Both the position numbers and the translations under genes were made by a program. Shown piece by piece: positions 17,061-26,067 of a stretch of 64,000 nucleotides of DNA (within the stretch, counting starts at the first letter, position 1; every line of letters begins with the position of its first letter). The stretch lies in the sequence record LR535910.1. One strand, written 5' to 3'. The notes below the pieces were generated by a model. That model was not told where the DNA came from, did not search any database, and saw nothing but the letters and a program-made list of their open reading frames with translations.

Positions 17061-17795
17061 ATGCTTAAAGTCGAAGTGCCAGTGCTTTTAAACCTCACGC
17101 CCCAGTTCTTTGAAGCGTTGTTCGAAAAGCATTGGCCCGCGTTCGCGAAGAACGAACTAAAGGATAACCCACAGTGGTATCCACTGCGCGATGAATTCAA
17201 GTACACAGCCATCAACGTCTGTATAGAAGTCTTCACTGCGTGGTTACAAGAGATGTACGACTGCATCAACACCGAACGGTTGTTCACGCTAGAACATGTA
17301 GAGATTAATGTTGTTGACGTCTACGAAGGTTACACCTACGAAGAAGGCATTACTGCCACGGGGTTAAGCCAACAAGACGTTGAAGAACAAATCTTTGCGT
17401 GGATCGAGTGGTTCACGGAAAAGTTGATGCTGGCTGATTTTGTCACGCAGGTGGAAGATGTATTCATCCCAATGTACGAGCGGTTAGCTGAGATACGTCG
17501 TAACCATCGTCTGCTCGGTTACTGGTATGACACTTATACCACCTCCTCAACATTGTGGTCTTCCGCTACTGCCGCATTTGGCATAACTGAAGGCGATTAC
17601 GATGTCATTCATTCCGGCCCTTGGCAGTATGGTTTCGGCACCCTGTGGCACGAGCTGACCGATGCCATGTGTCTGGACTTTTATCTGTGTGGAGGTAAGT
17701 TTTACACGGATAACTGCGTGAGCCAAATTCCGAATGGTGCGATGGTGGTGATGTGTCGCATCCGTAAAGAAGTCGCTGAGAAACTAAACTACTGA
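17061..17795 (+). CDS. Hypothetical protein
   Basis: AAGGAG RBS, 244 aa. Confidence 0.8.
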   Translation: MLKVEVPVLLNLTPQFFEALFEKHWPAFAKNELKDNPQWYPLRDEFKYTAINVCIEVFTAWLQEMYDCINTERLFTLEHVEINVVDVYEGYTYEEGITATGLSQQDVEEQIFAWIEWFTEKLMLADFVTQVEDVFIPMYERLAEIRRNHRLLGYWYDTYTTSSTLWSSATAAFGITEGDYDVIHSGPWQYGFGTLWHELTDAMCLDFYLCGGKFYTDNCVSQIPNGAMVVMCRIRKEVAEKLNY

Positions 17796-17808
17796 AGGAG
17801 TATTTAAA

Positions 17809-18186
17809 ATGACGCAAGACGAATTTGAAACGATGGTAAAACAGTATTACAAAGAAGGTGTGATTCTCTATATTGTCGAACCGGGACAAGAAGCCTGGTT
17901 AAATAAAGCAACGCTGAGTGTCGCTATTCGTGGAGAAGTGACAGTAGAGATGCGCAATATGGCACGTCTTATTCGCGATACTGCGATTACTGGCGGTAAA
18001 CTGGTGTCTCTTGCGCATTTCAGAACACAGGGTCGCGATCAGGTATCGCTGGATGCTGAAGTTGATGTCGTTGCTACTGTTGGTTTTGATTTAGATGGTC
18101 TTCCAGGCTCGAACCTTGTCGTGATTAAGAAATGGCGTGGATACGATGCAATCCCATCGCCAGGGGTGTGGCCGGCAGCCAACTAG
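17809..18186 (+). CDS. Hypothetical protein
   Basis: AAGGAG RBS, 125 aa. Confidence 0.75.
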   Translation: MTQDEFETMVKQYYKEGVILYIVEPGQEAWLNKATLSVAIRGEVTVEMRNMARLIRDTAITGGKLVSLAHFRTQGRDQVSLDAEVDVVATVGFDLDGLPGSNLVVIKKWRGYDAIPSPGVWPAAN

Positions 18187-18197
18187 AGGTGGTCGCT

Positions 18198-18605
18198 ATG
18201 TTAAAGGTGTATAGCGAGTCATTGATGGACTTGCAAGAGTATCTAAAGCATGTGGAAATTAACGGCAACCGTGGAATGATATACTCCATGGTTGTCGAGA
18301 TTTTAATTAAAATCGTGCTTGTTTCATTCCACGTAGCAGAAAATGGCACTGCTGTACCAGGAGATGTTTATAAAGGCGTTATTAAGCATCTTAGCGAGCG
18401 CTACAGTTGTTTACGTGAACCGGATATCTTTAATGAGGTGCAGCGTGTTGTGTTGCTTATCCTCGACAACCGTGAAGACTTGGCGTACAAGCTTGCGCAT
18501 GAATTGGCAGACACGTCACAGCACGGTGGACAACTGAAATATAACGTTGTGGATCTCGTAGCGTGCAGATACTGGTATACGCAGCCCGAGGTAAGTAACT
18601 TTTAA
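18198..18605 (+). CDS. Hypothetical protein (start moved from 18132)
   Basis: GAGGTG RBS before ATG 18198. Confidence 0.7.
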   Translation: MLKVYSESLMDLQEYLKHVEINGNRGMIYSMVVEILIKIVLVSFHVAENGTAVPGDVYKGVIKHLSERYSCLREPDIFNEVQRVVLLILDNREDLAYKLAHELADTSQHGGQLKYNVVDLVACRYWYTQPEVSNF

Positions 18606-18615
18606 GGAGCATTAG

Positions 18616-19155
18616 ATGCAAATCGTAATTGACTTCGCTCTGTCGGAGTCGAGACGTCAGCTAGATGAAATTCTGTTAGGATTAAAACGAGACGTGGAAT
18701 TTGAACTTCACGATGCGTTGGCCGTCCACGAAAATCGTTTGTCTGACGAAATGGGTTCAGGCGTAGATGTGGCTATCTGTGACACTGGGGATATGGTAAA
18801 TCAGCTTATTGAACGTATGTTCACGCGGCTGCGTAACATTCTGAACTATCCCCATCGTTTTGAACTGGTAGAAGGGACGGACCAAATCACCGACTTATTG
18901 AGTGAAGCCTTTGATAAGGTTGGTGAATCTCTGGCGGGGTTACATCAAGAGAACCTGGGCGAGACATATGTTGCTGTGGTCATTAACGGGCAAACGTCGA
19001 ACGTTACGGATACGGTAACATGGTCCGATATCGTTGACCAGCCAATCATTGACAAAATCACCAAGTTGTATCGTGAAGCAGAAATGAAAGTGCTGGCTAT
19101 CTGTCGCCGTGAGTTGTTATACCTCGGTGAGAAATACGGGAAACCTATTGAATGA
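18616..19155 (+). CDS. Hypothetical helical protein
   Basis: AAGGAG RBS, 179 aa. Confidence 0.75.
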   Translation: MQIVIDFALSESRRQLDEILLGLKRDVEFELHDALAVHENRLSDEMGSGVDVAICDTGDMVNQLIERMFTRLRNILNYPHRFELVEGTDQITDLLSEAFDKVGESLAGLHQENLGETYVAVVINGQTSNVTDTVTWSDIVDQPIIDKITKLYREAEMKVLAICRRELLYLGEKYGKPIE

Positions 19156-19694
19156 AAATATTCATTGATTTACTCGATGACGAATTTCGTGAAATATTTC
19201 CAGCGGCGTTGTTCGAGTTTAAACGCAAGTGTGAAGACTATCTGATACCGAAGAATATCGATCGTCAGCACCTCGCTGGGCTTATCTCTGCAGCGTATGT
19301 CAATATCGCGGTAAATGAAGTTCATCAACTCGCGCAACGTATTGCGTGTTTCGAATACAACGACGAAGACATTGAAGACGGCTTCCTGCAGTCTAAGATG
19401 GGTCGCTTCTCACTCGAACTCAAGACCGATGAGGTTATTGATAAGGTCGGTAAAGCCTTTGATGAAATGAAGGACATCGAAATGATGATTAAGATGTCTG
19501 GACCGGAAGCAGGCCCATTGAAAGAAGCGTGGGAACATCTCAACCGCGACGAGTATAAAGAGATGTACATGGGTGAGTTCACCACCATGCTACGTCACCT
19601 CGAAGCACAGGTCTGGGAGCATATCGTTTCACGTCTGAAAGAAATACTGATTGTGGTCGAGCCAATGCAGCCTCTTACTATCAGTAAATTCTAA
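19152..19694 (+). CDS. Hypothetical helical protein
   Basis: ATGA overlap with the previous gene, 180 aa. Confidence 0.75.
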   Translation: MKIFIDLLDDEFREIFPAALFEFKRKCEDYLIPKNIDRQHLAGLISAAYVNIAVNEVHQLAQRIACFEYNDEDIEDGFLQSKMGRFSLELKTDEVIDKVGKAFDEMKDIEMMIKMSGPEAGPLKEAWEHLNRDEYKEMYMGEFTTMLRHLEAQVWEHIVSRLKEILIVVEPMQPLTISKF

Positions 19695-19704
19695 ATCGGT
19701 CCGA

Positions 19705-19762
19705 AATAAAATAAAGCCTACCCACTCCCGTAAGGGGAGTGGGTACTGCTTACTTTTTATTT
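19705..19762. terminator. Bidirectional terminator
   Basis: TACCCACTCCC...GGGAGTGGGTA (19719-19745) with A-rich and T-rich flanks between convergent genes. Confidence 0.8.
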
Positions 19763-20512
19763 TTTGTTTGCTTTCAGGGTCTTGAGGCGATCACCGGTTA
19801 CGTTCAGACATTCTGTCAGTTCATTAATCTGTTTCATAAACAGTCCGAACAGCTCAACCCAGTCAGCACCCATGTCAGCCATTTTCACTAACTCTGCCGC
19901 CACATTAGGATGGACTTGTGAATTAGAGATAATGTCTACAGAGACGTTGATGCTTTCAACTGTACGGTCAATACCTTTCTGGAGTTTCTTAGTCACTTCC
20001 AGGTTCAGCGCTTTGGCACGATTAAACGCAACGTCAATTTCACCTGCACTGTGGTAGGTCTTTTCAATCGCACGCTGGTCGATCACATTGTTGGTGTACG
20101 ACTTCGCCAGTTTTTCAACCAGGTCTTTCGGATTGATGTTTTTCAGTGGATAGTTCAGGTCTTTGAACTTAAACCCAATCGGCAGAGTTAACATGCCCAG
20201 GTCGTGTGTCATCGCGCCGAAACGTTTGTCGATGGGACTTAAAACCCCTTCCTGAATCTTCTGGAGCACAGCCCATACAGATTCCAACCGTTCTATGTGG
20301 TCCATCACATACGTGTTGAAGCCCGGTGGTACGGGTACAAGCATTCCGGTAAAGTTTAAAAACTTCTCTTGCTGCATCCACTTGGACACATCAGACATGT
20401 CGTCATAGGTGGTCAGCGCGAGTTCCTGTTGAGAGCCGCTAAAGGCTTTAGGCAGAATCGTGGATGCTTTGGCAACAAAGCCCGACAACGCTGCAAGTGG
20501 ATTAACATTCAT
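19757..20512 (-). CDS. Putative virion (head) protein
   Basis: 251 aa, helical, GAGG RBS; position matches SPN3US gp214 (recall). Confidence 0.55.
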   Translation of the reverse strand: MNVNPLAALSGFVAKASTILPKAFSGSQQELALTTYDDMSDVSKWMQQEKFLNFTGMLVPVPPGFNTYVMDHIERLESVWAVLQKIQEGVLSPIDKRFGAMTHDLGMLTLPIGFKFKDLNYPLKNINPKDLVEKLAKSYTNNVIDQRAIEKTYHSAGEIDVAFNRAKALNLEVTKKLQKGIDRTVESINVSVDIISNSQVHPNVAAELVKMADMGADWVELFGLFMKQINELTECLNVTGDRLKTLKANKK

Positions 20513-20557
20513 TCTATCAACCTCGAATATATAAGGGATTGGGCTACATAGTAAGTC

Positions 20558-20582
20558 TTTTACGTATCACCCAAACCTTATG
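20558..20582 (+). promoter_or_regulatory. Putative middle promoter
   Basis: TTTTACG-TATCACC-N7-TATG, close to the copy at 2321. Confidence 0.6.
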
Positions 20583-20610
20583 TACGAGAACTGCAAAAAG
20601 GTAACATCTG

Positions 20611-20910
20611 ATGAGAATCAAATTACTGACTCGCGCTTTAACCTCTCGTATCGAACCTGAGATTTACACCACCCCGACGAAGAAGAATACCGATGGTAGT
20701 CCGATCGTGGTTGGTAAAATCCTGAACGTGACCACACGTGCTGATGGTCAACGCGTTCTGGAAATCGAAATCGACGAACGTAACCGTAACCGCTTCAAGG
20801 GCATTTCTAATATCAACCCTAAAGATGACAGTCAAGTCACCGAGTGGGCAGAAATGCATTTCGAAGTTTGGCATAAACGTCGTCTGTTACTCCCACTGAA
20901 AAAACGCTAA
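20611..20910 (+). CDS. Hypothetical protein
   Basis: 99 aa, directly upstream of UvsX. Confidence 0.7.
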   Translation: MRIKLLTRALTSRIEPEIYTTPTKKNTDGSPIVVGKILNVTTRADGQRVLEIEIDERNRNRFKGISNINPKDDSQVTEWAEMHFEVWHKRRLLLPLKKR

Positions 20911-20925
20911 TTGACGGAGCGCTAA

Positions 20926-22419
20926 ATGGCAGGTCCAGCTAAACAAGTCATGGGTGAAGTGATTCGCCCTCGTTTTAACGTATATACCATCATGGACCAC
21001 GCTCTCGGTAACTACGAGCGCGGGGAAGATGGTTTGTACTACCTCAACGGTGGTTTTGCCCACATCATGGGCTTCGCAGGTCGTGGGAACACCTTTAAGT
21101 CCACCTTATTGGACTTCTGTATTTTCATGATTCTGCAACGTTATAATGCAGCCTGGGGATCGAAATACGATACCGAAGTTACGGCAGCATTAAGTCGTCT
21201 GGAAACGGGGTACATTTCCGCAGCGAAAGCAAACGGATTAGAAGTATCGCCAACAGGCGGCGTGCTGGACCTGATCCACGAAGGTCGTTACAACATGGTT
21301 GGCTCGGATATCATGGCGGGTGAGGAGTATTACTCTGCTTATATCCGTGACGAAGTAGAAAAACGTTTCAAAGAGTATATGGCTGGTAAGGCACGTGAAA
21401 CACCGTTCCCGGACCCAATCCGTCGCTCTGCGAAAAAGATTCTCGACCCGTGGTTGTACTCGATTGACTCCCTGTCCGAATGGCACACCTCTTCCCTGGA
21501 AGAGAAACACGCCAAATCAGAAGTCGGTGATTCTGAACAGAACATCCTGAACGCCCACGATGCGCTGCAGAAATCGAACATGATGAGCCGTTGGCCGTCT
21601 GCGTTTGCGCGTGGTGGTTTCTATATGGGCTTCGTTGCTCAGTTGGCCGACGATGCGGGTAAAGCAATGGCGGCAGGTGGCCGTGGTGGACCGAAGGCGA
21701 ACGGTAAACTGTTGGACGATGCAGGCGATGATCTGAAGTTTGCGGGTATCCCGCGCCGTCAGTTGTCGTTCTTAACTAACTCCCTGCTGGTTGCAACCAA
21801 GTCTGGTGAGTTGAAGCAGGATCAGACTTACAACGCGAAGACCGGTGTAAACGAAGAGAAATACCCGACTGCGCGTTCGAAAGCAATGAATGCTTCGGTG
21901 AACGACCTGAAAGAAATTGTTTTCACGCAGTACCGTGCGAAGGGTGGTCACACAGGCGTTAAGTTCAAAATGGTCTTCTCGCAGGAGATGGGTCTGCTTT
22001 ATCACCTCTCTCTGTGGCATTACCTGAGCGACACACTGAAAGATGAATGGGGCTACAAACGTAGTGGTGCTAACTATACCCTCGATTTGCTACCTGGTAC
22101 ATCTTTCATGCGTACCACGATTCGCGACATGTGTGACAGCAACCCGCGTTTGCGCCGTGCGTTGGAAATTACCGCCGCACTAGCGTACATGCAGAATAAC
22201 TACCACCGACTGGAAATGAAGTACCATCTCTCACCGGCGGAGCTTTATAAAGTTATCGACGAAAAGTGGGACTGGAATGAAATTCTGGACAATACAGTGG
22301 AATACTGGATGTTCAAGGATCAGGAAGTCAAAGGTGGTAAGCGTTGCTTAACAGCAATGTCATTACTGGCGATGGCCGTGGATGGTCTGGAACCTAAGTT
22401 CTTGACTAAGAAGAAATAA
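20926..22419 (+). CDS. uvsX: UvsX/RecA-like recombinase (phiKZ-type)
   Basis: Walker A variant GRGNTFKST, Walker B-like YSIDSLS; size and context like phiKZ gp152 (recall). Confidence 0.78.
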   Translation: MAGPAKQVMGEVIRPRFNVYTIMDHALGNYERGEDGLYYLNGGFAHIMGFAGRGNTFKSTLLDFCIFMILQRYNAAWGSKYDTEVTAALSRLETGYISAAKANGLEVSPTGGVLDLIHEGRYNMVGSDIMAGEEYYSAYIRDEVEKRFKEYMAGKARETPFPDPIRRSAKKILDPWLYSIDSLSEWHTSSLEEKHAKSEVGDSEQNILNAHDALQKSNMMSRWPSAFARGGFYMGFVAQLADDAGKAMAAGGRGGPKANGKLLDDAGDDLKFAGIPRRQLSFLTNSLLVATKSGELKQDQTYNAKTGVNEEKYPTARSKAMNASVNDLKEIVFTQYRAKGGHTGVKFKMVFSQEMGLLYHLSLWHYLSDTLKDEWGYKRSGANYTLDLLPGTSFMRTTIRDMCDSNPRLRRALEITAALAYMQNNYHRLEMKYHLSPAELYKVIDEKWDWNEILDNTVEYWMFKDQEVKGGKRCLTAMSLLAMAVDGLEPKFLTKKK

Positions 22420-22423
22420 GCAT

Positions 22424-22448
22424 GGGCGGGGCAACCCGCCTGTTTTTT
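22424..22448 (+). terminator. Intrinsic terminator
   Basis: GGCGGG-GCAA-CCCGCC followed by a T-run. Confidence 0.8.
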
Positions 22449-22464
22449 CCCCTGAGGATTAGCG

Positions 22465-22740
22465 ATGCGTTATCAGAAAGATATTGTAGAGCGTCTGTGT
22501 CTGGGTCTCGCTGGTATTAGCCAGGAACTTAGCACCGCGTTCCATAACGAGTTCTCAGCACCGCGACATGCACTGTCTGAATTTAGTCATCAGGTAAATG
22601 CCCATTACGGCAACCTGATTAATGATAAACCGAAGGTTGATGCGGTCGGCGTGCCTGAACACAATGAAGATATCCCGTACTGGATTGAAGACCTGGAACG
22701 TGTGGTTCTTCCAGTGCTCCGTGAGAGGATGAAAAAATGA
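22465..22740 (+). CDS. Hypothetical protein coupled to vRNAP beta-C
   Basis: GAGGA RBS; ATGA overlap with the next gene. Confidence 0.7.
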   Translation: MRYQKDIVERLCLGLAGISQELSTAFHNEFSAPRHALSEFSHQVNAHYGNLINDKPKVDAVGVPEHNEDIPYWIEDLERVVLPVLRERMKK

Positions 22741-23405
22741 GATTAGACCCGGCACGGCGAAAAAAAGCAGAAGCTTATGCTTTACAGTTACTGAACTTAG
22801 TTGACCCGACCGGGATTAACGCGGAAGCTGCCAAGCGCGCTTTCTCACGAATGTCTGACGAAGAGTTCAATCGTCTGCGCGAAGGGTTGCCTGTTTACAA
22901 CCCAACTGGCGGCAAGGTCAAAATTGACCATATGCGCAATATTAAAATTTGCGAAGCGATGGGACTGAACTTGTGTCAGCGCCTGTGGCTCACGGAACCG
23001 AAAACCGGTATCCTACAGCGTACCCGTTACCCCCATTTAGTCTTCCGGCTACCTGCACGTCGCCAGACGCAGATGCAAGAGAAGAAAATGGCGGTGGCGA
23101 AGAACGATAAAGTCCGCGATAAACTCTCAGGTCAGGTAGTAGGGCCTTCCAAAGCTTCGGGTGTTTCGTTTCCAGAAGCGTACATCATGTACTCGGATGG
23201 ACACGACTCAACGCTCCAGGAGTTCCTGTGGGCGCGTGGCGGTAACGATACGTTACAACGTGCGTTCTATCAATCGCTACGGCAAACCGGTAAAGGTCGC
23301 ATCAACCTGGAAGGGGCTGAGCGTACCAGTTCAAAAGCGCCGCGTACATGGTCTTCGTACTTTAAAGCAATGCACATCGGTAACAACTTAGGACGCCCGG
23401 AATGA
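22737..23405 (+). CDS. Virion RNA polymerase beta subunit, C-terminal part
   Basis: RLWLTEPKTG, EKKMAV, and RDKLSGQVVG...GVSFPEAYIM...G...TLQEFLW echo the RpoB C-terminal motifs (LyDGRTG, DKMHAR, tqQP.GG..GEME...G...LqE). Confidence 0.8.
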   Translation: MRLDPARRKKAEAYALQLLNLVDPTGINAEAAKRAFSRMSDEEFNRLREGLPVYNPTGGKVKIDHMRNIKICEAMGLNLCQRLWLTEPKTGILQRTRYPHLVFRLPARRQTQMQEKKMAVAKNDKVRDKLSGQVVGPSKASGVSFPEAYIMYSDGHDSTLQEFLWARGGNDTLQRAFYQSLRQTGKGRINLEGAERTSSKAPRTWSSYFKAMHIGNNLGRPE

Positions 23406-24130
23406 GATTAGGACGCCGTTTCTTAGTCGATATCGACACAATCTTCGATACACGAATTGGTTGGGCGAAAGTGTTGCAGCCTGATGTATTAGAGAAGCTT
23501 GATTTAGAAGTGTATCGGATGCGGTTCACGGATGCGTGGGCCGAAGTGGTAGGAATTCAGGACTGGAATAAAAAGTTCGCGGAGCGTGATAAACGCGCGT
23601 TGCAGAACGCGCAGCCAACAGAAATGTTGCTTACGCTAAAGAACGAAGTACAGGCAATGTTAATGACGATACAGATGCACGCTCCTATCGAGCGGCCAGT
23701 CTTAACGTTTAACCTGTGGCCGTACGCTGATCTCGATGATGAAGAACGTCATGCGTTTTTGGAAGAACTGCGTTACTACTATAACGAAGTGCAAGTAGAC
23801 GTCGTTGTTATTCCTCACAGCGATCTTACACCAGGACGACTTGCTTCGGCGTGGGACGGTTGGATAATGTACGACTGGTACCCGTGGATAGAACAACACG
23901 CGGGCCATTTCCAGAAACCGATTCCGGATTTCACCATTACCCGACCGAGTATGCTGACCAGCGAATTAACGGAAGAAGCAATCGCGCAAATAAAAAGAGA
24001 TAAGGTGAACCCCTTTAAGGAGTCCACCCGTTTTCTTGCTCAATACGTCGGTACCGACGTAAAGGACACTGCGCTGTTTAGTCTTCGTCGTCATCAGCAG
24101 GACGACGACTCGCAAACGCAGACGCCATGA
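23402..24130 (+). CDS. Conserved jumbo-phage hypothetical protein
   Basis: 242 aa, ATGA overlap; FLVDIDTIFDTR N-terminus. Confidence 0.7.
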   Translation: MRLGRRFLVDIDTIFDTRIGWAKVLQPDVLEKLDLEVYRMRFTDAWAEVVGIQDWNKKFAERDKRALQNAQPTEMLLTLKNEVQAMLMTIQMHAPIERPVLTFNLWPYADLDDEERHAFLEELRYYYNEVQVDVVVIPHSDLTPGRLASAWDGWIMYDWYPWIEQHAGHFQKPIPDFTITRPSMLTSELTEEAIAQIKRDKVNPFKESTRFLAQYVGTDVKDTALFSLRRHQQDDDSQTQTP

Positions 24131-24548
24131 TCTGGTCAACGTCAATCTTTTCGCCTACTGGTGCCAACTCACCTTCTTTCGGAGGCCGTACTGCGGCAAT
24201 CTGTGGGACGGTGGGTTGGTATCCGTTATTTAAATCTTCTTCATCGTCGTGACGTTTGATACCAACGCCAGCACGGGTCATTAAGAAGCCGTTTAAACTG
24301 TTGGCCAAATCTTGAGTCGCCTCAGCGCCTTTCTCAGCAGCTTTAATTTTCCGCTTCGTCATGACCTGTTTGTCGATGCCGTTGATTAGGCGTTCGATTC
24401 GGTCGACGGCTTTTAAGTCTTTGTGTACTTCACCGTCGTTCACCATATCCGTGACGAGCTTAACGCGTAGCTGTTGTGTTTGGCGGAGAAGCGAATCTTC
24501 GTTGTCCACATCTCCGTCGAACGCTTGGTATTTCACTTCTTCGCTCAT
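24078..24548 (-). CDS. Hypothetical helical protein
   Basis: 156 aa, GAGGT RBS on the minus strand; 3' overlap with the convergent gene. Confidence 0.7.
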   Translation of the reverse strand: MSEEVKYQAFDGDVDNEDSLLRQTQQLRVKLVTDMVNDGEVHKDLKAVDRIERLINGIDKQVMTKRKIKAAEKGAEATQDLANSLNGFLMTRAGVGIKRHDDEEDLNNGYQPTVPQIAAVRPPKEGELAPVGEKIDVDQIMASAFASRRPADDDED

Positions 24549-24575
24549 GGGATAACCTCATCTCAAAAAGAACTC

Positions 24576-24589
24576 AGACAGATATTATC
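24576..24589 (+). promoter_or_regulatory. Putative early promoter
   Basis: AAAAAGAACTC-AGACAGATATTATC, close to the copy at 56268. Confidence 0.6.
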
Positions 24590-24624
24590 TATCCGAGACA
24601 ACATCTCATAATAGGATAACACCT

Positions 24625-25155
24625 ATGCTTTTTAAATGGCTTTCAACACTCCTGCGTCGTAAGGCTGTAGAAGCTCGCAGACGCTCTTTGGAGGCTGAGT
24701 TTCATAAGAATACCCATAACACCCTGCACAGAGTGATGGTGGGCTTAGAACTCATTACAGAGCCTCTGGAATATAATGGGAAAGAATACCTTCCTTTTTC
24801 ATTGCGTGGACAACTCGAATTACGTATTCGAGATTTTGACACGTTGGTGGAGCGATTGGAATTCTTCATTTCTGAGTATAACCGTGTATCCAGTAGCAAC
24901 ATTCCCAATCAACGTTGGTTAGAGTTGCCTGAGGCAATCGATAGAAAAGGAGAGAGTTCAGAACCACGATGGCTTGATCATTATTTCGGTGCATCCGATC
25001 CTGAAGTCGCGCGCGATAAACTGCGCACAGTCTTCGCTATGTTAGAACTGTATCAGCGTGCATTTGATAAACAAACACCCGAACAGGATACGCTGTTTAA
25101 TCAAACCGCACATATCTTCCGCGAGTTAGAAGTGATAGTGGAACACTATCTCTAA
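24625..25155 (+). CDS. Hypothetical protein
   Basis: AGGA RBS, 176 aa. Confidence 0.75.
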   Translation: MLFKWLSTLLRRKAVEARRRSLEAEFHKNTHNTLHRVMVGLELITEPLEYNGKEYLPFSLRGQLELRIRDFDTLVERLEFFISEYNRVSSSNIPNQRWLELPEAIDRKGESSEPRWLDHYFGASDPEVARDKLRTVFAMLELYQRAFDKQTPEQDTLFNQTAHIFRELEVIVEHYL

Positions 25156-25188
25156 CTTTTAATCTATTCCCTTGTAACAAGGTGATGT

Positions 25189-26067
25189 ATGGATGATGAG
25201 AAAAAGCCGCCGCTGAATAGCACACGCGAGCAAATTTGGCACGGTACGCCACCGGCGTCAGATTCCAGCTACCCGTTAAGGAAAGCTTATTGGAATCTGG
25301 TTAAGTTGATGGGTATTAGCGACGGGATATGGAAAGACCTTATCCGTCAACATGTCAACGACCCGGAGTATCTGAAACAGTTTCGTGACAGCAAACTGAC
25401 CACGATGACCGACCGCGTTAACCGGCTGAACACCTCACTTACGGGTGGTTCGGTACGTAACCTGACAGTCGATTTTACGTGGAAACGTTTCATCGAGGGA
25501 TTAGTTATCCTGGAGATGCAAACGCTAACAGTCACCCTGCTGACTAAGCGGGGAAGCTTTGACACGAAGTGTTTTGTATTCGACAGTACGTTTGTGCGTG
25601 AGGACTTCATTAAGAACTTACGTAATGAGAACAGGAAGAAACGTAAAGAGCGTTTCGAGCATCCTGCATCTTACGACGTTAACGAGTATGTCGCGAACAT
25701 CGACCACACTATCGAACATGTGATGAAGCACATTCTCCTGCGTTTAATCTACAAAGTTATTCGTGGGTATAAAATCGATGGTGATAAACTGGAACGGTGG
25801 ACGACGAACTACGTCAACAACCCTAAGTTGTGCCCAGGCACATCATCCAAACGTGGGGACAGACGAAACAACATGAAACAGGCGATGCGTCACACCGAGG
25901 CAATCACCTGGCGTTGGTTTCTAATAATCTTACAAGCGCTGGACGTACGTGAGTTCGAAATCACTTTCAAAGTTCGTCATCGTAGTGGTAGAGAATATGA
26001 GGTCAGCGACGACGTTCCGTTAGCGACGTATAGATTCTGGAGTTCCAATGAAACTGAACAACCTTGA
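25189..26067 (+). CDS. Hypothetical protein with an internally duplicated domain
   Basis: Two repeats of W...VNxP...TWxxF...LxxL. Confidence 0.7.
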   Translation: MDDEKKPPLNSTREQIWHGTPPASDSSYPLRKAYWNLVKLMGISDGIWKDLIRQHVNDPEYLKQFRDSKLTTMTDRVNRLNTSLTGGSVRNLTVDFTWKRFIEGLVILEMQTLTVTLLTKRGSFDTKCFVFDSTFVREDFIKNLRNENRKKRKERFEHPASYDVNEYVANIDHTIEHVMKHILLRLIYKVIRGYKIDGDKLERWTTNYVNNPKLCPGTSSKRGDRRNNMKQAMRHTEAITWRWFLIILQALDVREFEITFKVRHRSGREYEVSDDVPLATYRFWSSNETEQP

